Shown here: positions 44,477 through 49,433 of the stretch, piece by piece
Position numbering within the stretch: position 1 is the stretch's first letter
Layout of the letters: the number at the start of each line of letters is the position of its first letter
IMG/VR virus record: IMGVR_UViG_3300017707_001431
Span: 1-49,433 of that record
From: a virus
Taxonomy: Duplodnaviria; Caudoviricetes
Strand: one strand, 5' to 3'
DNA length: 49,433 nt
The notes under the pieces: generated by a model
The model's input: the letters and a program-made list of their open reading frames with translations, nothing else
Told to the model about the DNA's origin: nothing
Database searches by the model: none
Position numbers and translations under genes: made by a program

Positions 44477-46485
44477 AGCAGTGAAATATCCGTTCGCGAT
44501 CCATCGGCGGCAGAGAATACGATTGAATCCGCCGTCGCCTTTTGTCCCTTGAAATCACTGCGGCCAAGATACTTTTGCCCGACACCCGGCTTGACGTATG
44601 CAATGGTGACGTGCGGGGCGTATTTTGGGTGCGTATCGGTGCAGGCAACACCGTCGCGAATCATCGCATTAAGCGATACAAGATCACGCGACTTCACCCG
44701 CACGATCACAACATCAGAATCACGGTTTGCATCGGCCGGGAACACAGCAACGCTGCCAAGTTCGAATTTCACTTCGCCGGTTCCAGCAACCAGTTCGGCA
44801 ATCGCATCAGGCGTGTTGTCATGGATGCCATACTTCACGGTCACATGCGGTTCGGTTTCGCGGCCATCTTCAGCAAGTTCATCGTCGGGGATGCTGTTGC
44901 CGAACATCAGCAAAGACTCTTTCAGTGTCCCCAGTAGATTGATTTGCGTCGATGCGAATGAGTGCGGGCCGGTGGACAGCCGGATAATCTCCCGACTCAG
45001 ATTCTTCGCGTCTTCCTTCTCCTGCGCCGGTGATTGCGTGGGATTCTCGCCAGGCATCCCCTTCGGTTCGATGTCCGCCGGGAGATCGAGATCGAATTCG
45101 TCCGCGCCTTCCTTCAGCTTGACGCCGGTGCGCTGCGCCCAGCCTTTCATGTCGATGCGTTCAAACAGTTCGGCCGACACCCGTTGATCCTTCAGCACGG
45201 CGTCAAGAATCTTCAGATCCACAACGCGATTCTCATCGACGATCGGCGTGGCCTTCAGTTTGACGGTTCCCTTGGCTTTCGGGCCGTAGTTCTCAATCAG
45301 CACACGGTCAACCGATTGCTCATTCACTTCGGCCAGGATGTCATCATGCACCTGTTCGCAATCGGAGTCGCCCAGCCCCTGATGCGTCTCTGAATCCGCG
45401 CGCGAGCCTGATGTAGTCGCCTGCAATAGCATTCGTTCCGGCTTGCACCACGCGCGAACCATCAACGCATCGTAATAGGCGAGCTTTTCGAGAATGGCTG
45501 ATTGCGCGGGCCCACAGTTGCCGGAATCCACGAAGCCCCATGACCAAAGGGATTGCTTGGCGAGTTCGGGCGCCATGCGCAGATCGTCAACCATCATGCC
45601 GCTGTGGTTCGGGAACACGACGCCTTGCCCGCGAGCGATCGACGAAACCAGGGACTGCGCGGCCACGAAGTTGCTTACTTCTTTACCGGTGCTGTCGATC
45701 ATCGTCCCCTGCGGATACCCGACGTGCGGGACGGTTCCAGCGGCCTTGTTGTCCAGCTTGAATCCGGTGTCATCCACCGCAAGGTGATTCGCCCACCAGC
45801 GACGGCAACGCTCCATGCGAGAGAAGCCGTAGTAGTTGTCACCCTCTTTATCATGCGAGTAGATCAGCAGATCGCGGGGTTCAAGATCAATCTCCTGATT
45901 CTGAATCTTCACCAGTTCGCCATGACCATCGACATAGATCGCGCACAAGTCCTGCAAGAGTGATTTGAACTTGACCGGCACAATCGCGCCGTCATTGTCC
46001 ACACCCCACACTTGCTCCATTGATGCAAAGCCAAACAGCAACCCGCGCAACATCGACTTGAGGATTCGGACGCGCTGCGGGAGAAACGTTTTCTCAATCA
46101 GGTCAGATGCGCCGGTGGGAGCATCTTCGCTTTTCTCAACCGCCCAGTCCGACGAAAGGATCGGGCAGAATGTCGCGGCCATCGCCAACACCAGCGTCGG
46201 GTGCAACGCCATAAGCCGGTAAGTTTCATAGGTTCCCGCCGGCGGCGCATCGAATCCACCATTGACGGGGCCAGTTGTTCCAATGCCGCCAAACGGTTGC
46301 GACGATGATCCGTAATCGTTCTTGCCGTCTGAAACAGCAGAACCATAGCGAGCGTTCTGCCACGCGCTCCAGAATGGTGTGACAACGGAACTTCCAAGCC
46401 CGGCGATACCGCCCCATCCTGCGTACATGAGCGAGCCGATGAAGCCGCGTGACTGCTGTTTTGTCTTGGATTGTGCTTCGGGCAT
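44473..46485 (-). CDS. Portal protein (Mu gp29/DUF935-like) fused to C-terminal 2H-phosphoesterase (Acb1-like) domain
   Basis: Follows TerL; GLLFGFASMEQVW, NYYGFS, GSRADSETH; C-terminal EPHVTVKYG and YAPHVTIAY. Confidence 0.88.
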   Translation of the reverse strand: MPEAQSKTKQQSRGFIGSLMYAGWGGIAGLGSSVVTPFWSAWQNARYGSAVSDGKNDYGSSSQPFGGIGTTGPVNGGFDAPPAGTYETYRLMALHPTLVLAMAATFCPILSSDWAVEKSEDAPTGASDLIEKTFLPQRVRILKSMLRGLLFGFASMEQVWGVDNDGAIVPVKFKSLLQDLCAIYVDGHGELVKIQNQEIDLEPRDLLIYSHDKEGDNYYGFSRMERCRRWWANHLAVDDTGFKLDNKAAGTVPHVGYPQGTMIDSTGKEVSNFVAAQSLVSSIARGQGVVFPNHSGMMVDDLRMAPELAKQSLWSWGFVDSGNCGPAQSAILEKLAYYDALMVRAWCKPERMLLQATTSGSRADSETHQGLGDSDCEQVHDDILAEVNEQSVDRVLIENYGPKAKGTVKLKATPIVDENRVVDLKILDAVLKDQRVSAELFERIDMKGWAQRTGVKLKEGADEFDLDLPADIEPKGMPGENPTQSPAQEKEDAKNLSREIIRLSTGPHSFASTQINLLGTLKESLLMFGNSIPDDELAEDGRETEPHVTVKYGIHDNTPDAIAELVAGTGEVKFELGSVAVFPADANRDSDVVIVRVKSRDLVSLNAMIRDGVACTDTHPKYAPHVTIAYVKPGVGQKYLGRSDFKGQKATADSIVFSAADGSRTDISLL

Positions 46486-46497
46486 TAGTGTTTCAAA

Positions 46498-47874
46498 TCA
46501 AACAGAGGCGAATCGTGCGGGCGCGGGCCGGTCGGAACGTATGGGCATCAGCCAATAGATTCGATAACCATCGGCGTCGGATGCGTGAGACAGCTTGCGA
46601 TCTTGCTTGCCGATTTCATTGCCGTCCCACTTCAGTAATTTCATGTCGTCGATCAGTCGTTCGCATCGCGGGTGAATCTTGTAGCGAACCTTTCCCGCCA
46701 TGCTTTTCAATGCGCAGTTCATCGAATTCACGCGGTCGCACACCAGCGGGTTGCTGGATGCGATCATAAACCGTGCTTTCACTTCGGGCAGATTGGCTTT
46801 GAACCACGCCGTAACGACTTGCCACGCGCTTTCGCCGGTTGCCTCGAATCGTCCGCTGCCAGATGCGTCACCATAAACCAGCAACTCCGGCCACTGCCAG
46901 CCGCCAAGCGTGGCGATGAGCACCTTGAACGCATTCAGCATCTGCAAGGCGCTCATTCCTTTGGCGTGAAGCTCATGCACCGCCGTTGCGATGTCCTGGC
47001 CGGGGAAGTGCTGGCCGACAATCCCGTGCATCCCCGGCGAGATGTTGAAGTCCATCGACAGGTGCAAAGGGAGCGATTTATCAAGTATCAAGTCAGGCTG
47101 CACGTTGTCATCGTAGACAAAAGCCCCGTACACCTTGCCGCCACGGAAGCTCGCGGCCTTGCCCTGAATGTACTGCTCGCCAAGTTCAGCAGTAAGTTGT
47201 CCGGCGATGTCTTTCGCAAACTCAACACCAGCGGGATTCTCGAAAGTGCCGGCGCGGTAGAGAACGTGTTCCGGCTTCGGCTTTTCCTCGAAGTCACGAT
47301 AGACGGCAGTGTCATCGCCTTCATGCGTGAAGGTCATATTGAACTGCATGATCCGCACATTGGTGCCGCGGATACGCCCCTTCACCTGGAGCATCGGATC
47401 CCGGCGCGGATTGTCGAGAGATACCATCCACCGCGCCACTTCGTCACCCCAAGCCTGTCCCACAGAGAACGAGTTGATCTTCTCTGGCGCTTCGGCCGAT
47501 CGGACATACACGAGTGACGGCCGGGCCTTTGTTCCGAACTCGGGAATCACAAACCAGTGTTTTTTTGGATCGGCTACAAACTCGCAATCGATCCCCATTT
47601 CCTGAAACGCCGCTTCGATCTCGGGGATGTTCTGTGCCCGTGCAATCTGATAGTCCTGGGCAACCATCAGCGAGTTCACATAGGTGGCATCGTCATTGTC
47701 ATCCACGGCGTTATGCGCGTGAATGTTTGCCATCTTGCGAGCGCCCGCCCACGTCTTGCCCGCATACCATCCACCCGCCAGCGCGCAATACCGATGATCG
47801 TAATCCTCCATGAAAGCCTGTTGACCTCCCACGTTCGGGATGAACAGGTTCTCATCTTCAATCAGGCTTATCAT
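46498..47874 (-). CDS. terL: Terminase large subunit
   Basis: GGWYAGKT Walker A, AWGDE Walker B, SMDFN, HASDADGY. Confidence 0.95.
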   Translation of the reverse strand: MISLIEDENLFIPNVGGQQAFMEDYDHRYCALAGGWYAGKTWAGARKMANIHAHNAVDDNDDATYVNSLMVAQDYQIARAQNIPEIEAAFQEMGIDCEFVADPKKHWFVIPEFGTKARPSLVYVRSAEAPEKINSFSVGQAWGDEVARWMVSLDNPRRDPMLQVKGRIRGTNVRIMQFNMTFTHEGDDTAVYRDFEEKPKPEHVLYRAGTFENPAGVEFAKDIAGQLTAELGEQYIQGKAASFRGGKVYGAFVYDDNVQPDLILDKSLPLHLSMDFNISPGMHGIVGQHFPGQDIATAVHELHAKGMSALQMLNAFKVLIATLGGWQWPELLVYGDASGSGRFEATGESAWQVVTAWFKANLPEVKARFMIASSNPLVCDRVNSMNCALKSMAGKVRYKIHPRCERLIDDMKLLKWDGNEIGKQDRKLSHASDADGYRIYWLMPIRSDRPAPARFASV

Positions 47875-48508
47875 CAGGCTTCTTTTTCACGATCCGGCGA
47901 ATCTTCACCACCTTGTCGGTGACGATCACATTGTTGTCATTCAGCAGGCCATGCAGTTTCAGGAGCATCGCAAGTGCTTGTGTGCGATCGTGCAGTTTGA
48001 TGGTGCGTTTGATCGTTTCAATCTGGGTGTCGCCAACCTTGATGCCTTCCTCGCGATACTCTTTGATCTGCCCCAAAGCGCCGGCGGCCGCTGCCTTCGC
48101 GAAGTCGATTGTCGCGTTGCCTTTTTCATCCACGCTCACGAAGTTCTGCATGGACGATTGAGCAAGGTCGACAAGTGACGCCTTGGCCCATTCAGGTGTT
48201 GCCCGCTTGGCCGCGAAGGCATGGGCGATTGCCTCCTGAATGTTAGGAATTGTCAACAAATACGAAGCGGTAGAACGCAACGCATTACTGTTTTCCGACG
48301 CATAGCCGGCAAGCTCAGCGGCCTTTGAAGCATTACCACACGCGGGGCCGGTTATCGCCTTGACGAACTCAGATTGCCGGAGAGTGAGGCCATTGCCTTG
48401 AACGTCACCTTCATCAATTTCAGGCTTAACATCCACATTCGGGATGAATGGCTTGTCCTCGGTATTCTGGACAAACTGCTTGGTGATTCGTTTTCGCTGT
48501 TTTGCCAC
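47858..48508 (-). CDS. terS: Terminase small subunit
   Basis: LTLRQSEFV..NASKAAELAGY..ASYLL..I..AI, KLHDRTQALAML. Confidence 0.92.
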   Translation of the reverse strand: MAKQRKRITKQFVQNTEDKPFIPNVDVKPEIDEGDVQGNGLTLRQSEFVKAITGPACGNASKAAELAGYASENSNALRSTASYLLTIPNIQEAIAHAFAAKRATPEWAKASLVDLAQSSMQNFVSVDEKGNATIDFAKAAAAGALGQIKEYREEGIKVGDTQIETIKRTIKLHDRTQALAMLLKLHGLLNDNNVIVTDKVVKIRRIVKKKPDDKPD

Positions 48509-48512
48509 ACTG

Positions 48513-48917
48513 CTATACCACCACTCCCACCGGGCCGGTCGGCTGAATCTTCGTCATCGTCGCGTCGATCCTGCCCGGGATCGCCAGTTCATTCAGTGTT
48601 GACGCGATGAACGCCTTCAACTCTTTCACCCGTTCCTGCCCCTGTTCATCCTTCACACCGCGCCATTCGTACAGGTACACAATTGCCATGCGAGAAGCGA
48701 CTTGATTGAATTCATTGAAGCTGGCGGATGATTCCGACAACGGGTAACTGAATCCACGTTTCCGAAGCCACTCGTCAAGATCAGCGTCGGCTTTGTCCAA
48801 GGCGCGCTGAACGCGGGCTGTGTTCATGCTGGCACTGTCATTCTCTTGATTCGACAGAATGATCAGATTTGCCGTGCCTTGGATGTCGGTAAGATCGTCG
48901 ATGTCTGCGTATGCCAT
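48513..48917 (-). CDS. Mu gp36-like (DUF1320) head-tail adaptor
   Basis: MAYADIDDL...LIILS...VQRALDKADADLD..L...YPL. Confidence 0.8.
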   Translation of the reverse strand: MAYADIDDLTDIQGTANLIILSNQENDSASMNTARVQRALDKADADLDEWLRKRGFSYPLSESSASFNEFNQVASRMAIVYLYEWRGVKDEQGQERVKELKAFIASTLNELAIPGRIDATMTKIQPTGPVGVVV

Positions 48918-48944
48918 AACGGTTTCTAATTCGTTTCGACAAGG

Positions 48945-49433
48945 CTAGAACGCCGCGGCCAATGCGTTGATGCTGTCGCAAGTATTCTTCGCCACTTGAA
49001 CCTGTAGTTTCTCGCAGCCAAAGGCATCCACCTTCACGATCGCCACCTGGTCGGCGGTGGGGTTGATGATTTCATACGCGCTGGTGAATGCGGTCGAAGC
49101 GGCCAGCGTGTCTGCGAACAGTTGCGAGGCTGTGACGCTTTGTCCTGCAACACCGGTCATTGCGCCCAAGGTGCCCGCGAGCGAAAGCAATGGTGTCGGA
49201 ATCCAGAGATCACCGATCTTCCGCCAGCCGGTGATTCGAGCGGTGAAGGTTTCGTTGTTGTCGTTTCCGCCGAAGAACGCGATCGCCGCCGAGTTTGACA
49301 GGGGCGCTGCCGAGCTCGAAGGGTTGGACGCCATGTTGATGATGCCGTCTCCTGTCGGCGCCGTTGTCGTCGCAACCGGCGCGGTGATTGATGATGCGGT
49401 CACTGCTGACGCAAACAACAGGCGGAATTGATC
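48945..49433 (-). CDS. 3' part of hypothetical virion protein starting at 144
   Basis: Open through the junction; Ala/Thr-rich, about 169 aa in total. Confidence 0.8.
   Translation of the reverse strand, partial: DQFRLLFASAVTASSITAPVATTTAPTGDGIINMASNPSSSAAPLSNSAAIAFFGGNDNNETFTARITGWRKIGDLWIPTPLLSLAGTLGAMTGVAGQSVTASQLFADTLAASTAFTSAYEIINPTADQVAIVKVDAFGCEKLQVQVAKNTCDSINALAAAF
49311..49433 (+). repeat. Terminal direct repeat, right copy
   Basis: Identical to 1-123. Confidence 0.97.

Larger units (their letters stand above)
1..49433. mobile_element. Complete temperate tailed phage genome (excised/circular form), probable Planctomycetota host
   Basis: End overlap, intact attP next to integrase, full head, tail, replication and recombination gene sets, no host housekeeping genes. 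Confidence 0.93.

Noticed and set aside
46672-47517. Long plus-strand ORFs opposite terL, recT, MTases and protease (also 23201-23989, 15116-15931, 19554-20273, 41692-42417)
   Set aside because: Antisense shadows of well-supported genes with no recognisable motifs

Overview
Apparently complete, circularly assembled genome (49,310 bp unique plus a 123-bp end overlap) of a temperate, probably siphovirus-like tailed phage. The host is most likely Planctomycetota (Phycisphaerae/Tepidisphaerales-like), judged from the integrase subfamily and a TTAPSTQPA low-complexity motif. Nearly all genes are on the minus strand. Early arm (29.7 to 6.3 kb): ribbon-helix-helix regulator, a structured non-coding region with an atypical tRNA-Glu, metallopeptidase, Xis and a convergent tyrosine integrase beside an intact attP (3' half of tRNA-Cys), YqaJ/RecT, replication initiator with iterons, three DNA methyltransferases, SNF2-like helicase, HNH, RusA, DUF5131, a minimal nucleotidyltransferase and an XRE regulator. 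Late arm (6.3 kb to 1, then 49.4 to 31.1 kb): membrane/lysis-like genes, a clan GH-A-like glycoside hydrolase, a LamG/SGNH protein, adaptor, terminases, portal, MuF, protease/scaffold, decoration protein, capsid and non-contractile tail genes with a -1 frameshifted chaperone. Top observations: (1) the portal carries a C-terminal 2H-phosphoesterase (Acb1-like) domain behind an L-S-R linker motif that recurs five times in the protease/scaffold, suggesting a proteolytically released, virion-packaged counter-defence enzyme; (2) a distributed operator/promoter regulon ATAGTATC-N6-GATACTAT with a degenerate copy at a probably leaderless XRE gene; (3) unannotated multi-stem RNAs upstream of a C33 tRNA-Glu; (4) an 8-copy CACGAAAGG leader motif; (5) no recognisable peptidoglycan endolysin. 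All family calls are by motif recognition; no database searches were run.
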